Shown here: piece after piece, positions 42,921 to 53,308 of the stretch
Layout of the letters: every line of letters begins with the position of its first letter
How positions within the stretch are numbered: position 1 is the first letter of the stretch
Assembly: GCA_041652555.1 (NCBI GenBank)
Contig: JBAZHE010000001.1
Span: forward strand, 66,847 to 130,846
Length of the DNA stretch: 64,000 nt
Origin: Patescibacteria group bacterium
Lineage (GTDB): Bacteria > Patescibacteriota > Patescibacteriia > Patescibacteriales > WJLG01
Direction of reading: 5' to 3'
Made by a program: the position numbers and the translations under genes
The notes under the pieces: model-generated
Told to the model about the DNA's origin: nothing
What the model saw: the letters and a program-made list of their open reading frames with translations, nothing else
Database searches by the model: none

Positions 42921-45614
42921 ATGGAAATGTCACATCATTTAAGCGAAAAAAGGTTGGATAAGATTTTTAATCCGCAGACTATTGCGGTTATTGGTGCTTC
43001 TGATAAACAGGGCGGAGTTGGCAATGCTTTGATGAAAAATTTGATTGGTAATAATTATCAAGGGATTGTTTATCCGGTTAATCCTAATCGTGAAAGCGTG
43101 CAGGGGATTAAAGCTTATGTGAAGGTTTCGGATATTCCGGACAAGATTGATTTGGCAATTATTTGTACTCCGGCGGTGACTGTGCCGGCGATTGTTGAGG
43201 AGTGTGGTCAGGCTGGGGTTTCCGGTTTGGTTATTATTTCTTCTGGTTTTGATGAAATTGGCGAGAAGGGCAAAAAAATGAGTGAAGAAATTTTGTCTAT
43301 CGCTAACACTTATAATATGCGCGTAGTTGGGCCGAATTGCCTTGGCTTTATTCGTCCGTCAATCAATCTTAATGCTAGCTTTGCCAACAAAATGGCTTTG
43401 CCCGGGCATATTGCTTTTATTTCTCAATCAGGGGCGCTTTGTACTTCTATTCTTGACTGGTCAGTAAAAAATAATGTTGGTTTTTCTCATTTTGTTTCAA
43501 TTGGTTCTAATATTGATATTTCTTTTCATGATTTGATTGATTATTTCGGTGATGATCCAGAGACTGATAGTATTTTGATTTATATGGAGTCTTTGAAAGA
43601 GGCGCGAAAGTTTATGAGTGCGGCGCGGGCGTTTTCTCGTAAAAAACCAATTGTAGTTTTGAAAGTTGGACGCACTGAGGCTGGTTCTCGTGCAGCTAAG
43701 TCGCATACTGGAGCGATTACTGGTAATGATTCGGTTTATGATGCGGCCTTTGAACGTGCTGGCATTATTCGTGTTGATGGTGCTTTGGAACTTTTTCATG
43801 TAGCAAAAAGTTTGGCTATGCAAAAACGCCCACTTGATAATCGTGTGGCGGTAATTACTAATGCTGGTGGTCCTGGTGTTATTGCGGCTGATCGTTTGGC
43901 CTTAAAAGGTGGGCGTTTAGCAGAGCTGTCACATAAGACAGTTGAAGCTTTAAAAAATATTTTGCCGGCATCCGCTTCCACTGTTAATCCAGTTGATATT
44001 TTGGGTGATGCTGATTCTTTGCGTTATCGTCAGGCCGTGGAATTATGCTTAGAAGACTCTGGAGTTGATGCAGCTTTGATAATTTTGACACCGCAAGAAA
44101 TGACTAGCCCGACTGATGTAGCGCGGCAAATTGTTTCGGTCCAAAACAAAAAAGGTAAAATGATTTTTGCTTCTTGGATGGGTGGCGACGATGTAGCTGA
44201 AGGGCGGGTGATTTTGGAGCAAGGAAATATTCCAATATATAGAACGCCAGAAGAGGCGGTTGATATTTTTATGTATGTTGATAGTTACCGCAAACGTTTG
44301 GAATTTTTGAAAGAAACTCCAGGGTCTATTCCACATGCTTTTAAACCAAAAACTGAGGCAAATAAAAAATTAATTGAAAAAGTTGTTGCTTCTGGGCGAA
44401 CGGTTTTGACTGAAATTGAAGCTAAAGAAATGATTGCTAATTACGGAATTCCAGTAGCAAAAAATGGTGTCGCCAATTCGGCTACCGAGGCTGGAGAGAT
44501 TGCTGAAAAAACAGGCTTCCCAGTAGTGATGAAAATTCTTTCGCCTGATATTTTACACAAGACTGACATTGGCGGTGTAAAATTAAATATTAATTCTAAA
44601 GCCGAAGCAGAAAAGGCTTACAAAGAAATAATAGCGGGCGCGAAAAAGGGCGCACCTAAGGCAAAAATCGATGGCGTATTTATTGAGGTAATGACCAAGA
44701 AGCGCTACGAGCTTTTGATTGGTTGTAAGAAGGATGAGGTTTTTGGCCCGGCGATTGTTTTTGGTATGGGTGGTGTGGCCGTGGAAGTTTTTCGTGATAC
44801 AGCGGTTGGTTTGCCACCGTTGAATATGTCTCTGGCTTTAAAAATGATTCAAGAAACAAAAATTTATAAATTATTAAAAGGTTATCGCGGAATGCCTGGA
44901 GTTGATATTCCCGCAATTCAATTTTTGCTTTATAAATTTGCTTATTTGGTAAGTGATTTTCCGGAGATAAAAGAATTAGATATTAATCCTTTTGCGGTTG
45001 ATGAAAAGGGTGGTGTGGTTTTGGATGCTAAAGTTATTTTGGATGAAAAAGTTTTAGGCGTAAAACATAAACCTTATTCACATCTGGTAATTTCTCCTTA
45101 TCCTCGCGAGTATGAGAAGAAGATTGTTCTAGAAAATAAGAAAAATATTTTAATTCGTCCGATTCGTCCAGAAGATGAAGATTTAGAAATGGAGATGATA
45201 AATAATTTTTCTGCTACCACGATGCGTGATAGGTTTTTAGGTAAAGTTAAAAAAGTTAATTTGGAAATGTTGCGTGGTTTTACGCAAATAGATTATGATC
45301 GTGAAATTGCTTTGGTTGCAGAAACAGAGGAACGCAAAAAGAAAAAATTTGTTGGTGTTGTGCGTTTGGCTATTGACCCATACAATGAATCCGCCCTGTT
45401 AACAATCGCTCTAGTTGACTCCTGGCAAGAAATGACTTTAGGCAGTGAAATGATTGATTATATGTTAGACATTGCCCGCGCTCGAGGCGTGAAAAAAGTT
45501 TGGATGGAATTTTTTCCAACTAATAAAAGAATCATAAAAATCCTAACCAAACGCAATTTTACAATGAAAGAAAAGGGGAGTATTATGGTTGGAGAGTTGG
45601 AATTAGAAGACTAA
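42921..45614 (+). CDS. Pat-type protein lysine acetyltransferase (ADP-forming acyl-CoA synthetase-like domains fused to C-terminal GNAT)
   Basis: 897 aa: CoA-binding N-terminus (IAVIGASDK), ATP-grasp middle, GNAT-like C-terminus (IRPIRPEDE...VGVVRL...). Confidence 0.85.
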   Translation: MEMSHHLSEKRLDKIFNPQTIAVIGASDKQGGVGNALMKNLIGNNYQGIVYPVNPNRESVQGIKAYVKVSDIPDKIDLAIICTPAVTVPAIVEECGQAGVSGLVIISSGFDEIGEKGKKMSEEILSIANTYNMRVVGPNCLGFIRPSINLNASFANKMALPGHIAFISQSGALCTSILDWSVKNNVGFSHFVSIGSNIDISFHDLIDYFGDDPETDSILIYMESLKEARKFMSAARAFSRKKPIVVLKVGRTEAGSRAAKSHTGAITGNDSVYDAAFERAGIIRVDGALELFHVAKSLAMQKRPLDNRVAVITNAGGPGVIAADRLALKGGRLAELSHKTVEALKNILPASASTVNPVDILGDADSLRYRQAVELCLEDSGVDAALIILTPQEMTSPTDVARQIVSVQNKKGKMIFASWMGGDDVAEGRVILEQGNIPIYRTPEEAVDIFMYVDSYRKRLEFLKETPGSIPHAFKPKTEANKKLIEKVVASGRTVLTEIEAKEMIANYGIPVAKNGVANSATEAGEIAEKTGFPVVMKILSPDILHKTDIGGVKLNINSKAEAEKAYKEIIAGAKKGAPKAKIDGVFIEVMTKKRYELLIGCKKDEVFGPAIVFGMGGVAVEVFRDTAVGLPPLNMSLALKMIQETKIYKLLKGYRGMPGVDIPAIQFLLYKFAYLVSDFPEIKELDINPFAVDEKGGVVLDAKVILDEKVLGVKHKPYSHLVISPYPREYEKKIVLENKKNILIRPIRPEDEDLEMEMINNFSATTMRDRFLGKVKKVNLEMLRGFTQIDYDREIALVAETEERKKKKFVGVVRLAIDPYNESALLTIALVDSWQEMTLGSEMIDYMLDIARARGVKKVWMEFFPTNKRIIKILTKRNFTMKEKGSIMVGELELED

Positions 45615-45616
45615 TT

Positions 45617-45691
45617 TGTCATTCCCGTAAAAACGGGAATCTAGGATTCTGCGTGATAAAGCTGGATTCCCGCCTTCGTGGGAATGACACA
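45617..45691. repeat. dRS3/NIME-like element, copy (d)
   Basis: tgtcatTCCCGtaaaaaCGGGAatctag - 19 nt - ctggatTCCCGCcttcGTGGGAatgaca. Ends 6 nt before the murJ ATG. Confidence 0.85.
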
Positions 45692-45697
45692 CTTTAA

Positions 45698-47293
45698 ATG
45701 ATTAAAAAGTTTTTTAATAAGGAAATAAATAGTATTACGATCGCGGCGGTGATAATCGCTGGGTCGTCTTTGGTTAGTCGTTTGCTTGGGGTTTTGCGCG
45801 ACCGTATTTTGGCGGGTCAATTTGGTGCCGGGCAGACTCTTGATGTTTATTATGCGGCTTTTCGTGTGCCGGATTTTATTTTTAATATTGTGGTAATGGG
45901 CGCGATTACAGCTGGGTTGGTGCCGGTTTTTACCGGTTTAATTAACGACCGTAAAGATGGCAAACAGACGCTTTTTAGTAATGACAATAAAGAGGCTTGG
46001 GCGCTTATAAACAATCTTTTAAACCTTTTGCTTTTGGCTTTGGCGGTTTTGTCAGTACTTGGGTTTATTTTTGCCGCGCCTTTGATGAAGATTTTGGCGC
46101 CAGGGTTTTCTGATGAGGCGATGAGACAGGCAACCGGATTAACTAGGATTATGTTTTTGTCGCCGATATTTTTGGGAATTTCTAGTATTTTTGGTGGTGT
46201 TTTGCAGTCGTTTAAAAGATTTTTTGCTTATTCATTTGCCCCGATACTTTATAACCTTGGTATAATTATGGGCGCTTTATTTTTTGTGCCGGTTTTGGGT
46301 ATTTATGGATTGGCCTGGGGTGTGGTTTTTGGCGCTGCTTTGCATATGGTAATTCAGATGTCTGGTGTTTTTTCTTTAAATTATAAATATAAAATATTTT
46401 TGAATTTAACCAGCAAGAATTTGCGAAAAATTCTTTCTATGATGGTGCCACGCACCTTAACCTTAGCCTCTTCGCAAATTAATTTAATGGCTATTACAGC
46501 CATTGCTTCAACTTTGGTTACTGGTTCGGTAACTATTTTTAATCTGGCTAATAATTTGCAATATTTTCCTGTTGGTATTTTTGGAATATCTTTTGCGGTG
46601 GCAGCCTTTCCGACCTTAGCTGCAGTTGCTTGGAGTAAAGATAAAACTATTAATAGTTTTTCTGGCACTTTTCGCCAAATACTTTTTTTTATAGTTCCAT
46701 CTACGGTTTTGTTTTTGACTTTGCGCGCTCAATTAACACGTTTGGTTTTGGGTTCTGGTCTTTTTGATTGGAATGCTACGGTGTTGACGATGAATGCTTT
46801 AGGGTATTTTGCTTTGAGCTTTTTTGCGCAAGCGACAATTCCATTATTAATTAGAGTTTTTTATGCGCGTCAAGATTCACGTACTCCGTTTTTGATTAGT
46901 TTAGTTTCAGTTGGCGCTAATATAGTATTATCTATAGTTTTGGGTGGACGTATGGGCGTAGTTGGTTTGGCCTTGGCTTTTTCAATTTCTAGTATTTTAA
47001 ATTTTATTTTGCTTTGGATATTTTTGCGTCATTATCTTGGCACTTTGGACGAGAGAAGAGTTATTGTGTCAGCAGCCAAATTTTCTCTCGCTTCTCTAGC
47101 GGCTGGCTTTGCTCTGCAAGCCGTTAAAGAGTTTTTGGGTGGCAAAGTTAATATGGACAAAGTCTGGGGACTTTTGGTCCAAGGCGGAACAGCAACCTTA
47201 GTTGGCATTGGCGTATATTTGTTAATTTGCTATCTTTTACGCAGCGAAGAAATGGACAGCTTCTGGCAGTCTTTTAAGTGCCGTTTTTTATAA
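45698..47293 (+). CDS. murJ: Lipid II flippase MurJ
   Basis: 14-TM MOP-family protein with N-terminal SRLLGVLRDRILAGQFGAG..LDVYYAAFRVPD. Confidence 0.92.
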   Translation: MIKKFFNKEINSITIAAVIIAGSSLVSRLLGVLRDRILAGQFGAGQTLDVYYAAFRVPDFIFNIVVMGAITAGLVPVFTGLINDRKDGKQTLFSNDNKEAWALINNLLNLLLLALAVLSVLGFIFAAPLMKILAPGFSDEAMRQATGLTRIMFLSPIFLGISSIFGGVLQSFKRFFAYSFAPILYNLGIIMGALFFVPVLGIYGLAWGVVFGAALHMVIQMSGVFSLNYKYKIFLNLTSKNLRKILSMMVPRTLTLASSQINLMAITAIASTLVTGSVTIFNLANNLQYFPVGIFGISFAVAAFPTLAAVAWSKDKTINSFSGTFRQILFFIVPSTVLFLTLRAQLTRLVLGSGLFDWNATVLTMNALGYFALSFFAQATIPLLIRVFYARQDSRTPFLISLVSVGANIVLSIVLGGRMGVVGLALAFSISSILNFILLWIFLRHYLGTLDERRVIVSAAKFSLASLAAGFALQAVKEFLGGKVNMDKVWGLLVQGGTATLVGIGVYLLICYLLRSEEMDSFWQSFKCRFL

Positions 47294-47477
47294 AATCTAG
47301 TCTGGGAAATTGATATAGTTTTACAGAGTTTATATAATTATATTGTTGTTTGTTCATTTCTAAAGAAAGGAGATTATTGGTTTTATATGAACAAACGTAT
47401 TGTTCTTTTTTTGTTTCCCTGTATTTTAAAACAGGTAAAAATTTGTTCTTTCAATCATTCTTAATAGGAGGAAAATT

Positions 47478-48122
47478 TTGAAGAATCTTGTATTAGTATG
47501 CCTCATTGTAATCACCGCCATTTATTTTAGCAGTTGTAATCGTTCCGACATTTCACCTGTAAGCACTTCAACAATTGAACCCAGCACAACCGCCGGTATA
47601 GGGGATTATAATTCTTGTCCATGGAATTGGAACATGCCTTTCATCGGAAGTGCTTATGTTACCTGCGGCTATGGTTGTGGTTATCATACAGGCAACATAT
47701 ACTATTCCATCGATCTTTCAGGTGGAGGAGCGGCAAGCGGTGAACCTGTTAAAGCGTCTGCTTCCGGATATGTGCAATATGCAGATTGGGATCCTAATGG
47801 TAATTGGGGGTATGGAAATCAGGTAATAGTGGAAGCTGGCCCAACTGGACAACCAAATGGGAACCGATATCTTTACAGAGTTGCTCATTTAAGCAGTATT
47901 TCAGTGCAAGCTGGATGGTGGGTTGAAAAAGGAACAGTGTTGGGTTATGTAGGCTCTACTGGAAATTCCACCGGTGCTCATATTCATTTTGAAATAAGAA
48001 GAGGTAGCTATGCCGGTTATGGTGGCATATATGGAGATAGCTTTCCTCCTGATTATGATACGGGTATAGATGGATATGACGGTTGCGACGATTATTGTCA
48101 GATATCTTCGGAATTTCAATGA
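47478..48122 (+). CDS. M23 family metallopeptidase lipoprotein
   Basis: TTG start after an AGGAGG SD, lipobox-like FSSC. HTGNIYYSID and GNSTGAHIHFE match the M23 HxxxD/HxH motifs. Confidence 0.85.
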   Translation: MKNLVLVCLIVITAIYFSSCNRSDISPVSTSTIEPSTTAGIGDYNSCPWNWNMPFIGSAYVTCGYGCGYHTGNIYYSIDLSGGGAASGEPVKASASGYVQYADWDPNGNWGYGNQVIVEAGPTGQPNGNRYLYRVAHLSSISVQAGWWVEKGTVLGYVGSTGNSTGAHIHFEIRRGSYAGYGGIYGDSFPPDYDTGIDGYDGCDDYCQISSEFQ

Positions 48123-48212
48123 TTTTTCGGGAGGAGAAATTTATATTCTCCTCCCAAATTTATCAATTAAGTAATTAATATATTTACGTTAGATAATTAA
48201 ATTAAAAATTAT

Positions 48213-48833
48213 ATGACAACAAACAAAAAATTTTCTAATGGCTTATTTTTCTTTTTAGCTCTTTTAACGCTAATTTCTTGCAGTTTATTAAATAGCGAAA
48301 AAACACAAAAAATGGAAAATAATTCGGAATTATCTGAAAATAATGGCAATAATTTACTTGATTATAAAAACGCAGAATATGATTTTTCTTTTAAATATCC
48401 GAAAAATTTACAAATAAAACTTGATAAAGATAACGTAGATGAATTTAGCCCTGACGAATATTGGAGAACAACTTTCGAATCTAACAATTTAAAAACAGAT
48501 AAAAGCAAAGAAGCTTTTGAAAATGTAATCTCTGGTTATAGAGCAAGCATAGACATTGATCCGAAAACAAAAATTAAAGATTTTGAAGAATTAAAAATGT
48601 TGAGCAAATTAGGATCAGGAGGAACGCCAGTTGAAAGAGAAGAATATATTAGTAAAAATGGAGTAGATTTTATAATCCAGTATCATCAAAACGATAAAAA
48701 CAAAAATGTAAGCAGAACCGTTTTTGCCTTGTTTAATGGTTTATTTTTTAGAATGAATGTTTATGGTGAATACTCAGAAAAAGACAATGTTGATAATTTT
48801 ATTAGTGATATGATAAGTAGTTTTTCTGTTTAA
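48213..48833 (+). CDS. Lipoprotein, unknown function (paralog 1)
   Basis: Lipobox LISCS. 206 aa, collinear with the next gene. Confidence 0.65.
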   Translation: MTTNKKFSNGLFFFLALLTLISCSLLNSEKTQKMENNSELSENNGNNLLDYKNAEYDFSFKYPKNLQIKLDKDNVDEFSPDEYWRTTFESNNLKTDKSKEAFENVISGYRASIDIDPKTKIKDFEELKMLSKLGSGGTPVEREEYISKNGVDFIIQYHQNDKNKNVSRTVFALFNGLFFRMNVYGEYSEKDNVDNFISDMISSFSV

Positions 48834-48859
48834 GATTGATAAGTTTAGTGTAAAATTTT

Positions 48860-49480
48860 ATGAAAAAAATTAAAAAGTTTTTTCCAGGTTTGTTATTTTT
48901 GCTATTTTTATTATCCGCTTGCAGTAATAATTCAGTTAAAAAAAATCTCAAGAAAGAATTAAACGATAAACAAGAACCGCAAGAAATAGCCTCTTCGTCA
49001 GAAAATTATTCAAAAGAGAATGATTACGAAATTTATAAAAACGAGAAATACGGCTTGAGTTTTTTCTATCCAAATTATTTGGAAATTATTTTAGACGAGG
49101 AAGAGAATGTTCCAACTAATCATCTTTGGCGTTTGATGGTGAATAGTATTTCAAACAAGGCAAGTAGTAGTAACGTTGGTTTAATTTCTAATTTTTCAAT
49201 GGATATAAACTATCCGGCCACTGCAAAAAATTTTGAAGAATTAAAATACCTAGATAGTTTGGGTTGCGGTTCTGATGCCGTTAAAGAAGGCGAAGAAGAT
49301 AAAATTTTACCCGATCAAGAATTTTTTACTCAGATTTTTAAAAAGCCTGGAGATAAAGTTTTTATAAGAGTATCAGCTTTATATGAAGGCGCTTTTGTTT
49401 TCTTTAATTTCTATGGGTCTTATTCTGAAAAAGAAAAAGTCAAAGAAGAAGCTTATAAAATAATAGAAAGTTTTAAATAA
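48860..49480 (+). CDS. Lipoprotein, unknown function (paralog 2)
   Basis: Lipobox LSACS. 206 aa. Shares the Y.N..Y.(F/L)SF.YP, F(E/D)ELK and Y(G)(E/S)YSEK(D/E) blocks with 48213. Confidence 0.65.
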   Translation: MKKIKKFFPGLLFLLFLLSACSNNSVKKNLKKELNDKQEPQEIASSSENYSKENDYEIYKNEKYGLSFFYPNYLEIILDEEENVPTNHLWRLMVNSISNKASSSNVGLISNFSMDINYPATAKNFEELKYLDSLGCGSDAVKEGEEDKILPDQEFFTQIFKKPGDKVFIRVSALYEGAFVFFNFYGSYSEKEKVKEEAYKIIESFK

Positions 49481-49591
49481 AAGTATCAAAATGAAATTTA
49501 AAGACAAACTGCTAGTGTCATAATAGGCGGTTTTTTTTGTCGGTTGACCTTTGTGAAAAAAGGCCGTAATATGTAGATATAGTGCTAATAT

Positions 49592-49667
49592 AACACACCC
49601 TGGCCTAAGTACAGGCCACCCCCGAGATTTCGGGGTTCAGAAACCCTCTTTTTAGAGGGGAGTTAAT
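49592..49667 (-). repeat. REP-like element R6 (long variant with an extra hairpin), intergenic
   Basis: The reverse complement reads attaactcccctctaaaaagagggtttctgaaccccgaaatctcgggggtggcctgtacttaggccagggtgtgt. Confidence 0.75.
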
Positions 49668-49674
49668 ATTTTGT

Positions 49675-51459
49675 ATGAAAAATATTCGCAATTTTTGTAT
49701 TATCGCTCATATTGACCATGGGAAGTCCACTCTTTCTGACCGAATGCTAGAGATTACTGGCACTATTGATAAACGCAAGATGAAAGAGCAGTTTTTGGAT
49801 AGTATGGAGCTAGAGCGAGAAAGAGGTATTACTATTAAATTAAAGCCCGTTACCATGCACTGGAAGGGGTGTATTTTGAATTTGATTGATACTCCTGGGC
49901 ATGTGGATTTTTCTTATGAGGTTTCTCGTTCTTTGGCGGCTGTAGAGGGTGCGATTCTTTTGATAGATTCTACGCAAGGAATTCAAGCGCAGACTTTGGC
50001 AAATTTATATTTAGCTTTAAAAGAAGATTTAACTATTATTCCGGTTATTAATAAAATTGATTTGCCAGCAGCTGATGTTCCTGGTACTAAAGCAGAAATT
50101 ATTAATTTGATTGGTTGCGCCGAGGAAGATATTCTCCAGGCTTCTGGAAAAACTGGCGAGGGCGTGGAAAAGATTTTAGATGAAGCTGTAAAAAGAATTC
50201 CACCGCCAGAGCCTAACGAAGGAAAACCGGCGCGTGCTTTGATTTTTGATTCTAGCTACGACGAGTATAAAGGCGTCGTGGCGCATATTCGGGTTATGGA
50301 TGGCGCTTTTAAGAAAGGTGAAAAGATAAAATTATTCGCTTCTAAAACTCAGAGTGAGGTTTTGGATATTGGAATTTTTAATCCTGGTTATCAGCCAACT
50401 GGAAATTTAGAAGCCGGGGAAGTTGGTTATATTGTTACTAATTTTAAAACTGTAGCTGAATGTGGTGTTGGTGATACGATTACGACTTTGGCTGATTATG
50501 ATAAAATTGAGCCGTTAAAAGGTTATGAGCAGGCTAAGCCGATGGTTTTTGCCGGTGTTTTCCCGCGCGAAGGTAGCGATTTTAAAGATTTGCGCGATGC
50601 AATGGATCGTTTAAAATTAAATGATTCATCTTTGATTTATGAGCCAGAGCATTCCGAGGCTTTGGGCTTTGGTTATCGTTGTGGTTTTTTAGGACTTTTG
50701 CATTTAGAAATTTTTCAAGAACGTTTGCGTCGAGAATTTAATCTGGATTTGATTGTTACTGTTCCTAGCGTGGCGTATAAAGTTTTTTCTAGAGGAGGCC
50801 AGAAAGAAGAAATTATTCGCACTCCACAAAAATTACCATCCTTGGGTGAGGTAGATAAAATTGAAGAGCCTTGGGTGACTATGGATATTGTTTTACCAAA
50901 AGAATATTTAGGCAAAGCCATGGAATTGGCCCAGGAAAAAAGAGGAATTTATAAAAATCTTGAATATTTAGACGAAAAAAGAGCGATTGTGCATTACCAG
51001 ATGCCAATGGCTTCTATCTTGACCGATTTTTATGATAAGATTAAGAGTGTCAGTTCTGGTTATGCTTCTATAAATTATGAATATTTAGATTATCGTCCGG
51101 CTAAGGTTGTGCGTTTGGATATTTTGGTGGCCGAAGAAATGGTAGAGGCTTTATCAACTATTACTTATGAAGACGATACAACTCGTCGGGGCCGTGAAAT
51201 AGTTGAGACTTTAAAAGATTCTTTGCCCCAACAAATGTTTGTGGTTAAACTTCAGGCAGCGGTTGGTGGTAAAGTTATTGCCTCAGAAAGAATAGCGGCC
51301 TTACGCAAAGATGTTACCGCTAAGCTCTATGGTGGCGACGTAACCCGTAAGCGTAAACTCTTAGACAAACAAAAAGAAGGCAAGAAAAAAATGATGAAAT
51401 CTGGAAAAGGCTCAGTAGAAATTCCACCAGAGACGTTTGTGAAAATACTTAAAAAATAA
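49675..51459 (+). CDS. lepA: Elongation factor 4 (LepA)
   Basis: IRNFCIIAHIDHGKST, DTPGH, NKID, and the conserved LepA C-terminal domain. Confidence 0.96.
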   Translation: MKNIRNFCIIAHIDHGKSTLSDRMLEITGTIDKRKMKEQFLDSMELERERGITIKLKPVTMHWKGCILNLIDTPGHVDFSYEVSRSLAAVEGAILLIDSTQGIQAQTLANLYLALKEDLTIIPVINKIDLPAADVPGTKAEIINLIGCAEEDILQASGKTGEGVEKILDEAVKRIPPPEPNEGKPARALIFDSSYDEYKGVVAHIRVMDGAFKKGEKIKLFASKTQSEVLDIGIFNPGYQPTGNLEAGEVGYIVTNFKTVAECGVGDTITTLADYDKIEPLKGYEQAKPMVFAGVFPREGSDFKDLRDAMDRLKLNDSSLIYEPEHSEALGFGYRCGFLGLLHLEIFQERLRREFNLDLIVTVPSVAYKVFSRGGQKEEIIRTPQKLPSLGEVDKIEEPWVTMDIVLPKEYLGKAMELAQEKRGIYKNLEYLDEKRAIVHYQMPMASILTDFYDKIKSVSSGYASINYEYLDYRPAKVVRLDILVAEEMVEALSTITYEDDTTRRGREIVETLKDSLPQQMFVVKLQAAVGGKVIASERIAALRKDVTAKLYGGDVTRKRKLLDKQKEGKKKMMKSGKGSVEIPPETFVKILKK

Positions 51460-51480
51460 TTTAATTTAATCATTTATTAT

Positions 51481-51579
51481 ATGAAAAGAAAAGTGATTGT
51501 AAAAATAATGTGGATATTAATTTCCGCCATAGTTATTTTCTCCATGGTAATCTGGACTTTTGGCGCATCTTTCTTTTAA
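51481..51579 (+). CDS. Possible 32-aa single-TM peptide
   Basis: Manual translation: MKRKVIVKIMWILISAIVIFSMVIWTFGASFF. The stop lies 1 nt before the recJ ATG. No further support. Confidence 0.3.
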   Translation: MKRKVIVKIMWILISAIVIFSMVIWTFGASFF

Positions 51580-51580
51580 T

Positions 51581-53308
51581 ATGAATAAGATTTGGCATAT
51601 TAAACCGAAAGCTCGTGAAGAATTTTTTGAAAAATTTCCGGAGTACGGCCGGATTTTTTCGCAACTTTTATATAATCGCGACTTAAAAGAAAAAGAAGAA
51701 GTTGAATATTTTTTGCATGCCAAGTATGAAGATAATTTTGATCCGTTCATTTTTCGTGATATGGAGGCGGCCGTTGCTTTGGCTATCAAGAAGATAAAAG
51801 AGCGTAAGAAAATTTGTATTTATGGCGACTATGATGCCGACGGGGTGACTGCGTCGGTTTTGTTGTCTGAAATTTTGACAACTATAAAAGCGGATTGTTT
51901 TGTGTATATTCCGGAGCGGGCCGGCGAAGGTTATGGCGTGAATCAAGAAGCGATAGATAAAATTTTAAATAAAGGGGCGAATTTAATGATTACGGTAGAC
52001 GGTGGAATTAGAAATAAAAAAGAAATTGAATATGCCAAAAGTAAAGGGTTAGAAATTATAATTACCGATCATCATGAGCCGCCGGATGATGAAAAAGATT
52101 TACCGCCTTGCCTTATTATTAATCCGCATAATCACGGTGAAAAATATCCTTTTAAATTTTTATCCGGGGTGTCGGTGGCGTTTAAATTCGCTCGGGCGCT
52201 CTTGGAAAGATCAACTTTAACCGCCGAGCAGAAAAAAAAGATTTTAGAAAAGGTGATGGACTTGGTGGCGATCGGCACAGTGGCGGATTGTGTTTGTTTA
52301 ACCGGAGAAAATCGTTTGTTTTTGAAAAAAGGTTTGGAGGTTTTGAATGCCGGAAAAAGAATCGGCTTAAAAGAATTAGTAAAAAAAGCCAAACTTGATG
52401 GAAAGAATTTAGAAGCTTGGAATATTGGTTTTCAAATTGCTCCTCGTTTAAATGCTTCTAGTCGTATGGGGTCAGCTAATAATGCCTTCAATCTTTTGTC
52501 CACCAAGGAAAAGGATGTAGCCGAGAAAGAGGCGGAATTTCTGGATGAACGCAATCAGAAACGACAAAAAGAAACCGAATTGATGGTTGCCGAGGTGGAG
52601 GAGCAACTAAAAAAACAATTAGCAGAAAAAATAATTATTGGCGTCTGCCCAAAAGAAAGCAAAAATTGGAATGAAGGCGTTGTTGGCTTAGTAGCCGGTA
52701 GATTGACGGAAAAATATCATAAACCTACGTTGGTTTTAACAAGAAATGAAAATGATTATAAAGGTTCCGGCCGATCAATTGACGAATTTAATTTATTTAA
52801 TGCGGTTGAAGAATGTTCTGATTTACTTTTGAAGCACGGCGGACACAAAATGGCCTGCGGGTTTTCTTTAGCAACTTCGCGCCTCGAAGAATTTTCCAAT
52901 AAGATGCGTAAAATCGCCCGCCGTGAATTAGAGAAAGCCAGCATGGAAGCAAAGATTGAGATTGATATGGAGATAAATTTGGCCGAGGCGACTCGTCTTT
53001 TGGCGCGCGAAGTTCTTGGGCTGGCGCCGTTTGGTTATTACAATTCTCAGCCGAAATTTTTGAGCCGTAATGTTTTAATCAAAGATATTATTTTTATGGG
53101 TGCGGAAAGTCAACATTTGAAATTTCGCCTTGGTTCGGCCGACAATATTGGTGCTGGAGATTTTTGGGGCTTGAGTTTTAATCGCGCAACTGAATGGGCA
53201 GATCTAAAAATCGGCGACATTGTGGATATTGTTTATCAACTGGAAGAAAATGAATTCAATGGAAAAATAAATTTACAATTAAAAATTCAAGATATTAAAT
53301 TAAGTTGA
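51581..53308 (+). CDS. recJ: Single-stranded-DNA-specific exonuclease RecJ
   Basis: DHH motifs (GDYDADGV, DHH), DHHA1 (GGH..A.G). ATG at 51581 (the ORF-track TTG is at 51560). Confidence 0.92.
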   Translation: MNKIWHIKPKAREEFFEKFPEYGRIFSQLLYNRDLKEKEEVEYFLHAKYEDNFDPFIFRDMEAAVALAIKKIKERKKICIYGDYDADGVTASVLLSEILTTIKADCFVYIPERAGEGYGVNQEAIDKILNKGANLMITVDGGIRNKKEIEYAKSKGLEIIITDHHEPPDDEKDLPPCLIINPHNHGEKYPFKFLSGVSVAFKFARALLERSTLTAEQKKKILEKVMDLVAIGTVADCVCLTGENRLFLKKGLEVLNAGKRIGLKELVKKAKLDGKNLEAWNIGFQIAPRLNASSRMGSANNAFNLLSTKEKDVAEKEAEFLDERNQKRQKETELMVAEVEEQLKKQLAEKIIIGVCPKESKNWNEGVVGLVAGRLTEKYHKPTLVLTRNENDYKGSGRSIDEFNLFNAVEECSDLLLKHGGHKMACGFSLATSRLEEFSNKMRKIARRELEKASMEAKIEIDMEINLAEATRLLAREVLGLAPFGYYNSQPKFLSRNVLIKDIIFMGAESQHLKFRLGSADNIGAGDFWGLSFNRATEWADLKIGDIVDIVYQLEENEFNGKINLQLKIQDIKLS

